Shown: piece after piece, positions 63,683-64,000 of the stretch
Layout of the letters: the number at the start of each line of letters is the position of its first letter
Position numbering within the stretch: position 1 is the stretch's first letter
Assembly: GCA_965644295.1 (NCBI GenBank)
Contig: CBFFRP010000067.1
Location: 118,700 to 182,699 of the forward strand
Direction of reading: 5' to 3'
Length of the DNA stretch: 64,000 nucleotides
DNA from: Paraphysomonas bandaiensis
Taxonomy: Eukaryota; Protista; Chrysophyceae
Notes under the pieces: model-generated
Told to the model about the DNA's origin: nothing
The model's database searches: none
What the model saw: only the letters and a program-made list of their open reading frames with translations
Program-made: the position numbers and the translations under genes

Positions 63683-63864
63683 TATTGAAAGTCTTTTTAT
63701 TTTGCAATAGGCGTTAAAAACTCGTGCCAATATAGTGGCTAGTTGAATGCTAGACATACTAGTTAGACCTCTACCCATAACTATCAGCACAAATTCTATT
63801 ATCCTACTATTTAGCGCTACAGAAGCTGCTTGTGCGTCGCCGCAAGCACCAAGGTGCGACCATT
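63683..63864 (-). mobile_element. SINE-like copy D (5'-truncated)
   Basis: Only the 3' ~180 bp is present; 13-bp TSD gtgtcacttatat. Confidence 0.85.
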
Positions 63865-64000
63865 GTGTCACTTATATGTATTAGTGTTCCTTATACTACA
63901 CAAGCATTTGGCTATGAGTAGGCAGAGCGTTATCTGCTGACTATATATGTGGCTCACATTAGTTTCCCGGAGAAAATCTCCGGTACTTATCCCCCAGAAT

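Larger units (their letters stand above)
62980..64000 (-). mobile_element. Older SINE-like host copy E containing three nested insertions (runs off the window)
   Basis: 62980-63053, 63171-63184 and 63865-64000 are collinear with copy B. Confidence 0.8.

Overview
Eukaryotic, AT-rich genomic DNA with many short (about 40-70 nt) spliceosomal introns. The gene content is most consistent with a protist, probably a stramenopile/ochrophyte (inference). About 17 host genes: TFIIB-like, METTL21-type methyltransferase, cysteine dioxygenase fusion, a two-domain voltage-gated channel with EF-hands, ankyrin-like repeat protein, PX-TLDc protein, Nup88, secreted methyltransferase, MPST, GH5 glucanase, NTase-fold orphan, acylated EF-hand protein, Nup214, glycosyltransferase-like protein, AGC kinase and an ADCY10-like cyclase. 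A rich nested mobilome sits among them: an intact Copia with identical non-TG..CA LTRs inside a hAT MITE, three MITE copies with 8-bp TSDs, a deleted hAT element and a double-foldback Copia relic. Top candidates for novelty: (1) a ~510-bp non-coding retroposon whose 5' end can be folded by eye into an HDV-like ribozyme topology; (2) a 2x6TM channel with BacNav/CatSper-type TLDxW filters. Exon boundaries and folds were read manually and are unverified.
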